NCBI RefSeq assembly: GCF_016903815.1 | Contig: NZ_CP069973.1 | Reading direction: 5' to 3' (one strand) | DNA length: 64,000 nt | From: Escherichia coli | GTDB lineage: Bacteria; Pseudomonadota; Gammaproteobacteria; Enterobacterales; Enterobacteriaceae | Part shown: piece after piece, positions 1 through 11,226 of the stretch | Position numbering within the stretch: position 1 is the first letter of the stretch | Layout: every line of letters begins with the position of its first letter | Position numbers and translations under genes: made by a program | Notes under the pieces: generated by a model | The model's input: the letters and a program-made list of their open reading frames with translations, nothing else | Databases searched by the model: none | Told to the model about the DNA's origin: nothing

Positions 1-40
1 ATTATCAAAGCCACTCTGTAGGGAATGGCTTTTGTAATAA

Positions 41-379
41 CTACTGTTCGCTTAGCTTCTGCTTCAGCAAGTAACCTTCGAGCATCCAGATTTTGTTTAC
101 AGCATTTTGCCGGGCAATCTTCCGACCAATTTCTGCATCAAAGTTTTCCGGGCTTGCACAGGCGCTTTCACCGGTGACGGTGAAGCCATTTTGTAGAGTC
201 AATACACAAAATGTCAGCAGAGCCAAACTGTCGTGATAGTCATCGCCAGTTGCAATAGCTCCATCAGCAGCAGTGAAGTACGTTTCCGCAAGAATAATGC
301 TTTCGATATGGTCTGGCGTAACGCGCTGGGCGGTTTTGCCTTTCTCAACGATTTCTTTTTCGATTTGCTGGTCGTTCAT
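41..379 (-). CDS. Hypothetical prophage protein
   Basis: 112-aa ORF downstream of the lysis cassette; no motif recognised. Confidence 0.35.
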   Translation of the reverse strand: MNDQQIEKEIVEKGKTAQRVTPDHIESIILAETYFTAADGAIATGDDYHDSLALLTFCVLTLQNGFTVTGESACASPENFDAEIGRKIARQNAVNKIWMLEGYLLKQKLSEQ

Positions 380-758
380 AATTATGACCCTGTAGAGTGG
401 TTGCTTGATTAAGATGTCTTTCCATCAGTCCGCCACCACAAAGAATCTTTTTTGCCATAAGGCAGGAGGTTCATCTTTCAGTGGCTGCCAGTGTTATTTC
501 CCCCACTTACTGGCTTGGGTTGCTTCGTGGTACTGCCGTAACTGGTTGCCTAGAACAAATTCCGGTTTCATTATCAAGCCCACCCGTAGATAGGCTTTGT
601 AATGAACTGGCTCTTATCTCAACGCAGCCCCTTACCGCGCGCCAGATGCTCAATATCAAGCATCAGCAATGAGATGTTTAATCTGGATTCACTCCAGAAG
701 TGATCACCACCCTGTCTACAGAGCCAGATGTGAAGGATGATGAGTAAAATTATCGCTA

Positions 759-1226
759 TCATCGAAGGCATTGCGTCCTGATGTATTCCTGAAGCGTTCT
801 CAGTGCTGTTTGGTCGCGGATAATTCCGCCCCGGACACCGAGAACGTTTCGTCCAGCAACTGGAGAGAGTTCGACGGTGGCATCATTGCCCATGCCGGAG
901 GCGCTGGAGGTTTCGGCTGAGGATGGCATATGGCATTTTCCTTTGACGAACACCCGACCACCATTATCAAGCTTGCGCCGAAGAGCATCATTTTCAGCTT
1001 TCGCATCAGCTAACTCCTTCGTGTATTTAGCATCGAGTGCATCAGCAGAACGCTGGCGCTGCTGCATGTGAGTAATGGTGGCGGTCGCCTGCTTCAGCTC
1101 ACTGACTTTTTTATCTCGCTGCTCTTTGTAGGTCATGGCGTTATCACGGTAATGATTAACCGCCCATGACAGGCAGACGATGATGCAGATAACCAGAGCG
1201 GAGATAATCGCGGTGACTCTGCTCAT
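759..1226 (-). CDS. Rz: Rz i-spanin
   Basis: Translation [30 protein letters not shown]... closely matches recalled lambda Rz; stop overlaps the endolysin gene. Confidence 0.85.
   Translation of the reverse strand: MSRVTAIISALVICIIVCLSWAVNHYRDNAMTYKEQRDKKVSELKQATATITHMQQRQRSADALDAKYTKELADAKAENDALRRKLDNGGRVFVKGKCHMPSSAETSSASGMGNDATVELSPVAGRNVLGVRGGIIRDQTALRTLQEYIRTQCLR
800..1006 (-). CDS. Rz1: Rz1 o-spanin lipoprotein, embedded in Rz in another frame
   Basis: ORF nested in Rz with signal/lipobox-like VVGCSS and a proline-rich stretch PPAPPAW, as in lambda Rz1. Confidence 0.65.
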   Translation of the reverse strand: MRKLKMMLFGASLIMVVGCSSKENAICHPQPKPPAPPAWAMMPPSNSLQLLDETFSVSGAELSATKQH

Positions 1227-1699
1227 ACATCAATCTCTCTGACCGTTCCGCCTGCTTCTTTGAATTTTGCAATTAGGCTGTCAGCCTTATGCTCGAACTG
1301 ACCATAACCAGCGCCCGGCAGTGAAGCCCAGATATTGCTGCAACGGTCAATTGCCTGACGAATATCACCGCGGTCAATCATCGGTAAAGCGCCACGCTCC
1401 TTAATCTGCTGCAGTGCCACAGCGTCCTGGCTTTTCGGAGAGAAGTCTTTCAGGCCAAGCTGCTTGCGGTAGGCATCCCACCAACGGGAAAGAAGCTGGT
1501 AGCGCCCGGCGGCTGTTGATTTGAGTTTGGGGTTTAGCGTGACAAGTTTGCGAGGGTGATCGGAGTAATCAGTAAATAGCTCTCCGCCTACAATGACGTC
1601 ATAACCATGATTTCTGGTTTTCTGCCGTCCGTTATCAGTTCCCTCTGACCACGCCAGCATATCGAGGAACGCCTTACGTTGATTATTGATTTCCACCAT
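1223..1699 (-). CDS. R: Endolysin R (lytic transglycosylase)
   Basis: 158-aa translation [35 protein letters not shown]... matches recalled lambda R nearly throughout. Confidence 0.9.
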   Translation of the reverse strand: MVEINNQRKAFLDMLAWSEGTDNGRQKTRNHGYDVIVGGELFTDYSDHPRKLVTLNPKLKSTAAGRYQLLSRWWDAYRKQLGLKDFSPKSQDAVALQQIKERGALPMIDRGDIRQAIDRCSNIWASLPGAGYGQFEHKADSLIAKFKEAGGTVREIDV

Positions 1700-2006
1700 C
1701 TTCTACTCCGGCTTTTTTAGCAGCGAAGCGTTTGATAAGCGAACCAATCGAGTCAGTACCGATGTAGCCGATGAACACGCTCGTTATATAAGCGAGATTG
1801 CTACTTAGTCCGGCGAAGTCGAGAAGGTCACGAATGAACCAGGCGATAATGGCGCACATCGTTGCGTCGATTACTGTTTTTGTAAACGCACCGCCATTGT
1901 ATCTGCCGCGAAGGTACGCCATTGCAAACGCAAGGATTGCCCCGATGCCTTGTTCCTTTGCCGCGAGAATGGCGGCTAACAGGTCATGTTTTTCTGGCAT
2001 CTTCAT
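1683..2006 (-). CDS. S: Holin S with dual start (MKM)
   Basis: 107-aa translation [25 protein letters not shown]... matches recalled lambda S. Confidence 0.9.
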   Translation of the reverse strand: MKMPEKHDLLAAILAAKEQGIGAILAFAMAYLRGRYNGGAFTKTVIDATMCAIIAWFIRDLLDFAGLSSNLAYITSVFIGYIGTDSIGSLIKRFAAKKAGVEDGGNQ

Positions 2007-2515
2007 GTCTTACCCCCAATAAGGGGATTTGCTCTATTTAATTAGGAATAAGGTCGGTTACTGATAGAACAAATCCAGGCTACTGTGTTTAGTAATCAGA
2101 TTTGTTCGTGACCGATATGCACGGGCAAAACGGCAGGAGGTTGTTAGCGCGACCTCCTGCCACCCGCTTTCACGAAGGTCATGCGTAGAAGGCCGCAGCA
2201 TAACTATCACTGATGAATTCAGGATAGCCAGTGGCTACGGCTCAGTTTGGGTTGTGGCGGCCGGAATCGAACCGGCTTCCATCGGTGCGCTGCCGATTGC
2301 AGTACGCGCGGCGGTCAGCTACATGACTAGTATTTTCACTGTCGCCTATCTGCTAGCTCGCCATTGAGCTTCACCACAACGATAAGAGCACTGCGCGGCA
2401 CCTTTCACCAATTCCGCGAGGTCTGCGGGTTCAATGCTCTTACCTGTTGTGCAAACAAAAAAAGCCACCATTGCAACTTAAGAGTCACTAACGGCAGCTT
2501 ATCTTCTAATTATGG

Positions 2516-3034
2516 CTAAATGGATAATTGCATGTCAAGGCTTTTAACAGCAACATGCTTAACTTTCTCAACACGTTTACGCATTTTGAAAGCATTTTGC
2601 ATTGGCTGGTACAAAACAAATAACGACGCTTTCAGGATGTCGTCAATTTCGTTTCTACAGGTTGCCAGTGAAGGTTTTCTCCATCCCTCACCACCACGTC
2701 CACACATCTTGCGTGGCTTTGCAGTCGCGTGATAGTAGGATGCAATTGCTCGCTTAGATGAACCATGAGCGTAGTAGCTGAGGAGGATGCCAAATGCTTT
2801 CTTGTCAATGCACATGACGGAATCGACGACCTGAGAAATCAACATTCCATCATCATCATTACACATTGGCCTTGTCATAACTCTTCCCGGCTCTACGCTC
2901 TCCATGAACTTCGCTATTACGCTGCTCATGCGCTTTTCCAGACGACCTGAATAAACCCATGCGCCCCACAGTTCAAGCCAGCCATTCAGCCACTCGTGCT
3001 GCTCTTTGGTGAGGTTTAGTTCTCTTATGCTCAT
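2516..3034 (-). CDS. Late-gene antiterminator Q (QuuD-like family, not lambda Q)
   Basis: Position immediately upstream of the lysis cassette; WGAW and CxDDDG motifs resemble the recalled DLP12 QuuD-type Q. Confidence 0.6.
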   Translation of the reverse strand: MSIRELNLTKEQHEWLNGWLELWGAWVYSGRLEKRMSSVIAKFMESVEPGRVMTRPMCNDDDGMLISQVVDSVMCIDKKAFGILLSYYAHGSSKRAIASYYHATAKPRKMCGRGGEGWRKPSLATCRNEIDDILKASLFVLYQPMQNAFKMRKRVEKVKHVAVKSLDMQLSI

Positions 3035-3219
3035 CGTCTTCCCCTCTTGCCTTGTTTGACCATCAGGACGCCGTTAACTATTACGTGACGCTCGCCTTTG
3101 CTGTCTCGGTTGTACTTGAGCACTGTTCCTCTTGCGCAGGAAAGCATCCTTGCCACTTCGGTCTGATTTCCTCGTGTCTGGATAAGCAGTTCTGGTATCG
3201 TTTGAATTGTGGCGTTCAT
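3031..3219 (-). CDS. ninH: NinH-like small DNA-binding protein
   Basis: Motif GNQTEVARxLxCxRGTVxKY resembles recalled lambda NinH. Confidence 0.55.
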   Translation of the reverse strand: MNATIQTIPELLIQTRGNQTEVARMLSCARGTVLKYNRDSKGERHVIVNGVLMVKQGKRGRR

Positions 3220-3578
3220 GCGTTCTCCAGTTCGGTGATTTTTATTCCAAGCCGTCCGCCTGGTACTTTCACACCACGAATTACGCGAATGTCATCGAAT
3301 TGCTCGTCGTCTTCCGCAAATCCGGCGTGGATAAGGGAGTCGAGTAAACCTTTCAGGATGTTATCGAGGTCGCGGCGGCGGGAGTCTGGAACGTCTGCGA
3401 TGACTTTGATGCGGAGTCGTGATTTGGTGAAAATGTCTAACTTGAGTTGGCGGATGATTTGCTGAACGTCTTTTCGGTATTTCTGGCCTTTATCGCTGAT
3501 GTAGTATTGGCTTCCCCGTCTTCGCCAGTAGGTGTTCAGCGACGGTGGGTATGGAAGCACAAACTGATATTCGTTCAT
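3216..3578 (-). CDS. rusA: Holliday-junction resolvase RusA
   Basis: 120 aa with the RRRDLDN motif and overall resemblance to recalled RusA. Confidence 0.8.
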   Translation of the reverse strand: MNEYQFVLPYPPSLNTYWRRRGSQYYISDKGQKYRKDVQQIIRQLKLDIFTKSRLRIKVIADVPDSRRRDLDNILKGLLDSLIHAGFAEDDEQFDDIRVIRGVKVPGGRLGIKITELENA

Positions 3579-3865
3579 GGCTTAATCTTCCCCTCCTTCA
3601 GCAGTATCGCCTGCGTCCTGATTACGCCTTCGAGGTGGTAAAGTCTGGCGTCTTTGTTGTCGAGGTTATGGGTGCGTCGGTCGATTTCATCGTGACACGC
3701 GCTACAAGCCCATGCGCCGATCAGGTCGTCAGGCTTCATTCCCGTTCCGCAAATTCCAGCCATCCGGTAATGTGCCAGAACTGTAGTTTCAGGATTACCA
3801 TTGCATACGCCGTAAATACGTACCTGGCATTCTCTGCCGCGTGCTTCTTTGCGTAGATTAGCCAT
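3575..3865 (-). CDS. YbcO-like DUF1364 protein (Cys-rich, putative nuclease)
   Basis: 96 aa; GRECQVRIxGVCNGNPET...CSACHDEIDRRTH resembles recalled DLP12 YbcO. Confidence 0.55.
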   Translation of the reverse strand: MANLRKEARGRECQVRIYGVCNGNPETTVLAHYRMAGICGTGMKPDDLIGAWACSACHDEIDRRTHNLDNKDARLYHLEGVIRTQAILLKEGKIKP

Positions 3866-4587
3866 TAAGCAGCCTCCCCTGTTACTTTCAGCATTCCGTT
3901 ATCGAGCAGCTTTCTGGTCAGCCACTGTTGACCACGCCCGGTGATTTTTGTGGTGAACGATATCTGTATTCCGTGATTTGTGTTGACCGCTGTTTCTTTC
4001 ACTGCGAAATAGCCGCGATCCATATATTCCTGCATTGGCACATTGCGCCGGGAACCTGAAGCAATAAGGATTTTGTGATCGCGCATCCACGCAAACAGTT
4101 TGTTTGGACCAATACCAACAACCTTTGCATAGTTTCCAATCAAAATTCCACTGGCCTCGCCAACGCGATCGGCAAACTCAACTTTAGGTGCGGCAATTGC
4201 GAGCTGGTTTTCCAGTTGCATTTTCTGCTCAGCAAGGTCAGCAGCAAGGCGCAACGCTTCTGGTAGCGTTTTTGGGATATTAACCGCAGATTCTTCAAGC
4301 TCTCGCCAACGGTCAACAAGGCGAGCGGTGAATTCCGGCGACAACTGGGCAACAACGACAATACTGTCTCGCTTACCTTGTTCGCCTTCGAAGACGTAAT
4401 GCTCGTACTGAACATTGAACCCTAAGTTATTGATTCTTCCGGAAACCTCAATTTGAGGAAGCCGGATAACACCATTTTTAGCCAGCGTTTCGATGGTACG
4501 TTTCACATTGTCATGACGCTTACCAACCAACTCAGCAATTTCAATGCTTGTCATTTTGATGGCATTGCCATTCATTAACTCATTCAT
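3865..4587 (-). CDS. Phage regulatory protein, Rha/antirepressor-like
   Basis: N-terminal IEIAELVGKRHDNVKR motif typical of Rha-family regulators; C-terminal region resembles antirepressor domains. Confidence 0.55.
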   Translation of the reverse strand: MNELMNGNAIKMTSIEIAELVGKRHDNVKRTIETLAKNGVIRLPQIEVSGRINNLGFNVQYEHYVFEGEQGKRDSIVVVAQLSPEFTARLVDRWRELEESAVNIPKTLPEALRLAADLAEQKMQLENQLAIAAPKVEFADRVGEASGILIGNYAKVVGIGPNKLFAWMRDHKILIASGSRRNVPMQEYMDRGYFAVKETAVNTNHGIQISFTTKITGRGQQWLTRKLLDNGMLKVTGEAA

Positions 4588-4792
4588 CGTCTTCTTCCTC
4601 GTACATTGAGCTATTCGGATCGCTCATCAGTTCTGCGCAGCAGTGCTCACACACGTGAACTTCCAGCACATGCAGCTTCTGACCGCAGTTAGCGCACGTT
4701 AAAGCTCGCTCGACGCTTTCTTGTTCGTAACTTCGATTTGGGTCAATCACCTTGTATTCCTCGCACGATTTCTTAGCCACCGGATATCCCAC
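4580..4792 (-). CDS. ninF: NinF-like protein (start uncertain)
   Basis: [47 protein letters not shown] matches recalled lambda NinF; the true start may be an internal GTG. Confidence 0.6.
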   Translation of the reverse strand: MGYPVAKKSCEEYKVIDPNRSYEQESVERALTCANCGQKLHVLEVHVCEHCCAELMSDPNSSMYEEEDDE

Positions 4793-4929
4793 AGGTGAGC
4801 AGTGTAATTGAAGGTTTTTACGTCAGATTCTTTTGGGATTGGCTTGCGTTTATTTCTGGAGCGTTTCGTTGGAAGGTATTTGCAGTTTTCGCAGATGATG
4901 TCAGTGAAACTTCGTCGCTGTCGCCTCAT
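4747..4929 (-). CDS. ninE: NinE-like protein
   Basis: Internal Met gives [51 protein letters not shown], matching recalled lambda NinE; 4-bp overlap with the upstream gene. Confidence 0.7.
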   Translation of the reverse strand: MRRQRRSFTDIICENCKYLPTKRSRNKRKPIPKESDVKTFNYTAHLWDIRWLRNRARNTR

Positions 4930-5453
4930 GCCGCCCTCCTGACGCCCTGCCCGATCGCCATCAATGCCGCTTTGGATACGGTAGTAAACATCCGTCGAGG
5001 ACTGATGAACGGTCGCCAAATCAGCAGCATGGAACCTTTGCTGTTTCCCTTCTTCTCCAGCCCTGTCGATGGTTCGATAAAATTAATCCGTCCATCAGTA
5101 ATGATGCGAACTTCGTCAATACTCTCCAGAGCCTTGCTGAACCATCCGACAGACATATCCTCTGGCACAAGCATAACTACCGTCTGTCGCTGTTGTATGC
5201 ACTGCTCAGCGGCTTTTTCCACCCACGGCCTGATATTGCTGTACGGCGGGTTATTCCAGATTGCACCGTGGCTTACCCACTCAGAATTGAGCGCGTCGTC
5301 GGCCTCAGTCAGCCAGTGAGCGCACAGAGCATTTTTGTCGCTCGCTGCCGAATCCAGCCAGAATCCAAACTCAATATCCAGTGCATCAAAAAGCCAAAGC
5401 GGCGTTTGCCAGCAGTCCTTGTCGTGTGCTGGCGTATTTGATTTGATAGTCAT
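4926..5453 (-). CDS. Phage DNA N6-adenine methyltransferase
   Basis: NPPY catalytic motif (WNNPPYSN); start taken at MTIKS, overlapping the ninB stop as ATGA. Confidence 0.8.
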   Translation of the reverse strand: MTIKSNTPAHDKDCWQTPLWLFDALDIEFGFWLDSAASDKNALCAHWLTEADDALNSEWVSHGAIWNNPPYSNIRPWVEKAAEQCIQQRQTVVMLVPEDMSVGWFSKALESIDEVRIITDGRINFIEPSTGLEKKGNSKGSMLLIWRPFISPRRMFTTVSKAALMAIGQGVRRAA

Positions 5454-5890
5454 GCAGCCCGATCTCCCCATCTCGCTTTCCACTCCAGAGCCAGTCTCGC
5501 TTCGTCTGACCACTTAACGCCACGCTCTGTACCGAATGCCTGTATAAGCTCTAATAGCTCCGCAAATTCGCCTACACGCATCCTGCTGGTTGACTGGCCT
5601 ATTACCACAAAGCCATTCCCGGCAAGGTTAGGAACAACATCCTGCTGCTTTAATGCTGCGGTAAACACACACTTCCAGCTTTCTGCATCCAGCCAGCGAC
5701 CATGCCATTCAACCTGACGAGAGACGTCACCTAAGCAGGCCCATAGCTTCCTGTTTTGGTCTAAGCTGCGGTTGCGTTCCTGAATGGTTACTACGATTGG
5801 TTTGGTTGGGTCTGGAAGGATTTGCTGTACTGCGTGAATAGCGTTTTGCTGATGTGCTGGAGATCGAATTTCAAAGGTTAGTTTTTTCAT
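5450..5890 (-). CDS. ninB: NinB recombination protein
   Basis: MKKLTFEIRSPAHQQNAIHAVQQILPDPTKPIVVTIQERNRSLDQNRKLWACLGDV... matches recalled lambda NinB; start set at MKK rather than the ORF-track start. Confidence 0.85.
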   Translation of the reverse strand: MKKLTFEIRSPAHQQNAIHAVQQILPDPTKPIVVTIQERNRSLDQNRKLWACLGDVSRQVEWHGRWLDAESWKCVFTAALKQQDVVPNLAGNGFVVIGQSTSRMRVGEFAELLELIQAFGTERGVKWSDEARLALEWKARWGDRAA

Positions 5891-5908
5891 GACTTCCCTC
5901 TCCCCCAA

Positions 5909-5938
5909 ATAAAAAGGCCTGCGATTACCAGCAGGCCT
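5909..5938 (-). terminator. tR2-like intrinsic terminator upstream of ninB
   Basis: Minus-strand transcript forms hairpin GGCCTGC-8nt-GCAGGCC followed by TTTTT; same context as lambda tR2. Confidence 0.6.
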
Positions 5939-5963
5939 GTTATTAGCTCAGTGATGTAGATGA

Positions 5964-6233
5964 TCATTGCTTCATCTCCCTTTCCATTTCATCAATGTCA
6001 ACGTCATCAGGAAGATGGGAGCAATACGCCGCTATACCATGATGATTTATCTCATACCCTTTGAACGTTACCATCTGGTGCGTAATCTCAACTTCGTTCA
6101 GGAATCCGTCATCGCATAACTGCCTGGCTATTTTCGATTTGGTCTGGATTATTGGTAGTGCCTGTTCTTTCAAAGCGCATGATATTTGTGCATCCCATGC
6201 CTTTTCGAGAATGGCTAATTGTTTTTTATTCAT
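5964..6233 (-). CDS. Hypothetical protein (ren position)
   Basis: 89-aa ORF between the helicase gene and tR2. Confidence 0.4.
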   Translation of the reverse strand: MNKKQLAILEKAWDAQISCALKEQALPIIQTKSKIARQLCDDGFLNEVEITHQMVTFKGYEINHHGIAAYCSHLPDDVDIDEMEREMKQ

Positions 6234-7684
6234 CAGAATCCTCCTTTCTTCTTGGACTGCGGTTCCTCGCGTTCACGGCGGCGCATTTCAGCAGACTGTT
6301 GGTCTGTGTCATAAATAGCGCCATTTGCCTGAATGCAATACACCGTGCCGGTATTGCCATGACGATTGAGGCGAAGGATTAGTTCGGTTTCACCAGGAGG
6401 AAAGCTGTCATCAAAAGCACCTTCACGATGGATCCCAACCCAATAATCGCAATCCTGTTCAATCTGCCCTGTATCTCGTGAGTCACTTGGTAATGGGCGT
6501 TTATTGGTTCGGCTTTCCAGTGCGCGGTTAAGCTGTGTCAGAAGCACAACAACGCAATCAAGCTCTTTGGCAAGGTTCTTCAGTCCTTTGGTGATCATGC
6601 CGTAAGCAAGGTCGTTGCGATCGGCCTTTTCAGCGGTCATTAGTGTCAGGTAATCGACCAGAATCATGCCAACACATCCTTTTTCTCGCTTGATTCGACG
6701 GCTTTCGCTGACGATTTGAGCCAGAGATAATCCCGGCGTGTCGTCGATGTAAAGCAGGTCGATTTCACTCAAGCGATTGGCTGTTTCGATCGCCCTGTTG
6801 AAGTCACCATCGTAATCACCCTGATAGCCGTCATCAGCGTCATTTGTCGCCGGAAGGTAAAAAATATTGGGGTTAACACCTGACTTTTGCCCTACCAGTT
6901 TTTCCAGTATCTGGTCACCTGGCATTTCAAGGCTGAACATCAGAGCGGGCTTTTTCTCATGCACTGCGCAGTTGATTGCCATCTGGCTGTATAGCGTCGT
7001 TTTCCCCATCTTAGGGCGAGCGCCAATGACAAACAAAGAGCCTTTCACCAGACCTTTCGGTGACAGCATCCTGTCCAGCGATGGGATCCCTGTGCTCATT
7101 CCTCGTTGTTCGCCTGACGGGTCAAAACGCTTCTCAAGGTCGCTAACCCAGTCTTCCATGACCTCACCAAATGAGCGAAGTCCGCGACGCGATCCGGTTT
7201 TTGCATGGTCTGTCAGTTGCGTGAAAATCGCCTGAATAGCTTCGTACTTCTGCGTTGCAGTCATTCCGTTGCGGGAATAGAGCAATTCCGTCGCTTCAGT
7301 CATGCGGTTGATGGCGTAGCGTTCCATTGCGGTTTCGCGAACCTGCATTGCATAGGCAACGATGTTTGCTGCGCTTGGCGTGTTCTTTGCGATCTCAGCG
7401 ATATAAGCAAAACCGCCAACAGACGCCGTTAACGATTTACGCTCCAGTTCATCGAAAAGCGTCAGGCCATCTACTGGCTTTTGCTCCCGGTGCATTCTGG
7501 TTATCTCTTCGAAAAGGATTTTGTGTGGTCGGCTGTAAAATGAATCAGGCTTCAGCATCGCCAGAACTTTCTGGACGCGCTCACTGCTGTCATCATCCAG
7601 AAGCAATCCACCAATCACCGCCTGCTCTGCCTCGATGCTATGGGGCGGCGCATAAAAATTATCGGTCATCGTGTTCACCCTCAC
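6233..7684 (-). CDS. Replicative DNA helicase, DnaB family (phage-encoded)
   Basis: 483 aa; DnaB-like N-terminus (HSIEAEQAVIGGLLLD) and Walker A GARPKMGKTTL. Confidence 0.85.
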   Translation of the reverse strand: MRVNTMTDNFYAPPHSIEAEQAVIGGLLLDDDSSERVQKVLAMLKPDSFYSRPHKILFEEITRMHREQKPVDGLTLFDELERKSLTASVGGFAYIAEIAKNTPSAANIVAYAMQVRETAMERYAINRMTEATELLYSRNGMTATQKYEAIQAIFTQLTDHAKTGSRRGLRSFGEVMEDWVSDLEKRFDPSGEQRGMSTGIPSLDRMLSPKGLVKGSLFVIGARPKMGKTTLYSQMAINCAVHEKKPALMFSLEMPGDQILEKLVGQKSGVNPNIFYLPATNDADDGYQGDYDGDFNRAIETANRLSEIDLLYIDDTPGLSLAQIVSESRRIKREKGCVGMILVDYLTLMTAEKADRNDLAYGMITKGLKNLAKELDCVVVLLTQLNRALESRTNKRPLPSDSRDTGQIEQDCDYWVGIHREGAFDDSFPPGETELILRLNRHGNTGTVYCIQANGAIYDTDQQSAEMRRREREEPQSKKKGGF

Positions 7685-8558
7685 GAACTTTCAGGTAGGT
7701 ATTGTCGTTAAGCAGGAAATCAAATCCCTTTTTGTGCCAGACGGTTCCGCGTTGATGGTTTGGGCGTTCTTCGAACATCCATCGGCAATTTTCGCCTACG
7801 TAGCTCAAATAATTTCTCCAGTCCTGCATCGTGAACCCATGTCCGTCAAGCTGGCGGGTTATCACTCCGGCTTTGCGCCAGAACGTTCGGATCTGGTTTT
7901 TACGCTTGTCATTCAGTGCGCGGATTCTTGGCGCTTCAGGAAGGATTTCGTGGTAAGCATCGACAACATCCTGACAGCTGACGGAAGGTTTTTTCTTGTC
8001 AGACTTTTTGTCTGCTGTGGCACTCTCTAATACGTCAGTATTAGAGATAATATTATTATATTCTTTATCTGTGGTAATTTGCTGGTAATCTGCTGGTACA
8101 GTATTGCTTGCAGGCATTGGTATTGCTGGCTTTGAGGTGGTAATTTGCTGGTAATCTGCTGGTACAAAACTTGACTGATAATCGTCATATTTCTCTACCG
8201 AGAAAACTGAGAATTTACCGTGTGAAACCCAGTCAATCATGCCGAGTTTTTTGAACTTTCTAAGCAGGTACTGAACGCGATCTGGTTTGAGTCCTGTTTC
8301 AAACGCCAGAGAGTTTCTACCGCCAAGTAGCTTCCCTCTGCCTACCAGAATTTCTCCTGCGTCAGTCATTACATACTCAGGCGTATGCTTTGCTTTGAGG
8401 ATTAAGTGAACCCACAGATGCGCTGCTTCTGCGTCCTTGTAAAACGGCACATCCATAATTTTACGGTGCAGCAAGGCATACCCCTTACCGCTGCTTTGAT
8501 GCGGTTGTTGTAGCCTTCTGGCCTCTCTGGCTTCGGCTAGATTAGATATGTTACTCAT
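7659..8558 (-). CDS. Replication initiator, lambda O-like, with internal origin repeats
   Basis: Position between cII and the helicase; contains direct DNA repeats encoding a duplicated [10 protein letters not shown] peptide. Confidence 0.65.
   Translation of the reverse strand: MSNISNLAEAREARRLQQPHQSSGKGYALLHRKIMDVPFYKDAEAAHLWVHLILKAKHTPEYVMTDAGEILVGRGKLLGGRNSLAFETGLKPDRVQYLLRKFKKLGMIDWVSHGKFSVFSVEKYDDYQSSFVPADYQQITTSKPAIPMPASNTVPADYQQITTDKEYNNIISNTDVLESATADKKSDKKKPSVSCQDVVDAYHEILPEAPRIRALNDKRKNQIRTFWRKAGVITRQLDGHGFTMQDWRNYLSYVGENCRWMFEERPNHQRGTVWHKKGFDFLLNDNTYLKVREGEHDDR
8071..8166. repeat. Origin-like iterons inside the O-like gene: two identical 30-bp direct repeats (8071-8100, 8137-8166) beside an AT-rich stretch (8041-8070)
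   Basis: GTGGTAATTTGCTGGTAATCTGCTGGTACA appears twice; the lambda origin likewise lies inside O. Confidence 0.5.
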
Positions 8559-8697
8559 GACCTTTCTCCTTCTGCATCAGCTTCACTTTTTCCAACTCAG
8601 CCCGAAATCGACCAGGCTGCTTGAAGCTGGACAGGAAGCGATCACGTAGTATGTGTTTGTGAATTTTGTCCTGGTAAGGACTGAGTTGTTTTGTCAT
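8551..8697 (-). CDS. Small basic ORF (48 aa) between cII and the O-like gene, not on the ORF track
   Basis: My own translation [21 protein letters not shown]...; its stop overlaps the O-like start codon. Confidence 0.25.
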   Translation of the reverse strand: MTKQLSPYQDKIHKHILRDRFLSSFKQPGRFRAELEKVKLMQKEKGHE

Positions 8698-8729
8698 AAT
8701 TACTCCTGTGGATTGATCCAGTAATGACC

Positions 8730-9023
8730 TCAGAACTCCATCTGGATTTGTTCAGAACGCTCGGTTGCCGCCGGGCGTTTTTTATTGGTGAGAATCGAAG
8801 CAACTTGTCGTGCCAATCGAGCCATATCGTCGTCAACGACGCCCCATTCAAGAACAGCAAGCAGCATTGAGAACTTTGGAATCCAGTCCCTCTTCCACCT
8901 GCTGATCTGCGACTTATCAACTCCTACAGCTTCCGCTGTCTTCTCAGTTCCAAGCATTGCGATTTTGTTAAGCAACGCACTCTCGATTCGTAGAGCCTCG
9001 TTGCGTTTGTTTGCACGAACCAT
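8730..9023 (-). CDS. cII: Transcriptional activator CII
   Basis: From the internal Met, [51 protein letters not shown]... matches recalled lambda CII. Confidence 0.85.
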   Translation of the reverse strand: MVRANKRNEALRIESALLNKIAMLGTEKTAEAVGVDKSQISRWKRDWIPKFSMLLAVLEWGVVDDDMARLARQVASILTNKKRPAATERSEQIQMEF

Positions 9024-9102
9024 ATGTAAGTATTTCCTTAGATAACAATTGATTGAATGTATGCAAATAAATGCATACACCATAGGTGTGGTTTAATTTG
9101 AT

Positions 9103-9135
9103 GCCCTTTTTCAGGGCTGGGATGTGTAAGAGCGG
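9103..9135 (-). promoter_or_regulatory. nutR (boxA CGCTCTTACAC and boxB GCCCTGAAAAAGGGC on the minus strand)
   Basis: Minus-strand sequence matches lambda nutR boxA/boxB between cro and cII. Confidence 0.7.
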
Positions 9136-9142
9136 AAATGTC

Positions 9143-10495
<1,353 letters not shown>

Positions 10496-10543
10496 TCCCC
10501 ACCTCAATCTCGATAACCAAAAACAAACTATTTTTCATTTAAA

Positions 10544-10612
10544 AACAATGGAGTTTGTTTTTCACGCCCCTTTTTACAATATTTCTTGTTTACAACATAC
10601 AATCTTTCTTGT
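10544..10612. promoter_or_regulatory. Left operator OL (three ACAA-N6-TTGT sites) with the pL region
   Basis: Sites at 10544-10557, 10576-10589 and 10599-10612 upstream of nutL and N. Confidence 0.6.
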
Positions 10613-10656
10613 AATTTTAAGCCATCAGCAGGACGCACTAACCACCATGAAGGTGA

Positions 10657-10687
10657 TGCTCTTAAAAATTAAGCCCTGAAGAAGGGC
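10657..10687 (+). promoter_or_regulatory. nutL (boxA GCTCTTAAAAA, boxB GCCCTGAAGAAGGGC)
   Basis: Sequence GATGCTCTTAAAAATTAAGCCCTGAAGAAGGGCAGC matches recalled lambda nutL. Confidence 0.8.
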
Positions 10688-10885
10688 AGCTTTCAAAGCA
10701 GAAGGCTTTGGGATTGGATGAATGAGCAGGCTGATGCTCGACCAATGTATAAACAGCGCTCATGGCAAGCAGTAACCAATCTGCGCCTCAAGACAGCGTC
10801 ACTGGTAGTGCGGGCGCTCTAACCAGTAAGCCGGGGTTCAGCGCCGGCCATCCAATCACCAAAGCTAACTGACAGGAGAATCCAG

Positions 10886-11218
10886 ATGGATGCACAAACA
10901 CGCCGCCGCGAACGTCGCGCAGAGAAACAGGCTCAATGGAAAGCAGCGAATCCCCTGTTGGTTGGGGTAAGCGCAAAACCAGTTAACCGCCCTATTCTCT
11001 CGCTGAATCGCAAACCGAAATCACGAGTAGAAAGCGCACTGAATCCGATAGACCTTACGGTGCTGGCTGAATACCACGAACAGATTGAAAGCAACCTGCA
11101 GCGTATTGAGCGCAAGAATCAGCGCACATGGTACAGCAAGCCACGCAGTGAAATGGGTGTGACTTGCTCAGGCCGCCAGAAGCAACGCGGAAAATCAATT
11201 CCAGCTTATTACGATTGA
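10886..11218 (+). CDS. N: Antitermination protein N
   Basis: MDAQTRRRERRAEKQAQWKAANPLLVGVSAKPVNRPILSLNRKPKSRVESALNPIDLTVLAEYH... matches recalled lambda N. Confidence 0.9.
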   Translation: MDAQTRRRERRAEKQAQWKAANPLLVGVSAKPVNRPILSLNRKPKSRVESALNPIDLTVLAEYHEQIESNLQRIERKNQRTWYSKPRSEMGVTCSGRQKQRGKSIPAYYD

Positions 11219-11226
11219 GGTGATAT

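Noticed and set aside
2255-2335. tRNA-like T-arm sequence (GGTTCGATTCC on the minus strand) between Q and S
   Set aside because: I could not fold the surrounding sequence into a cloverleaf with a matching acceptor stem and anticodon arm. The region corresponds to the lambda-like late leader upstream of S, so I did not call a tRNA.
8642-8920. 92-aa ORF overlapping cII in another frame
   Set aside because: Overlaps a well-supported cII gene and has no coding features of its own; likely spurious.
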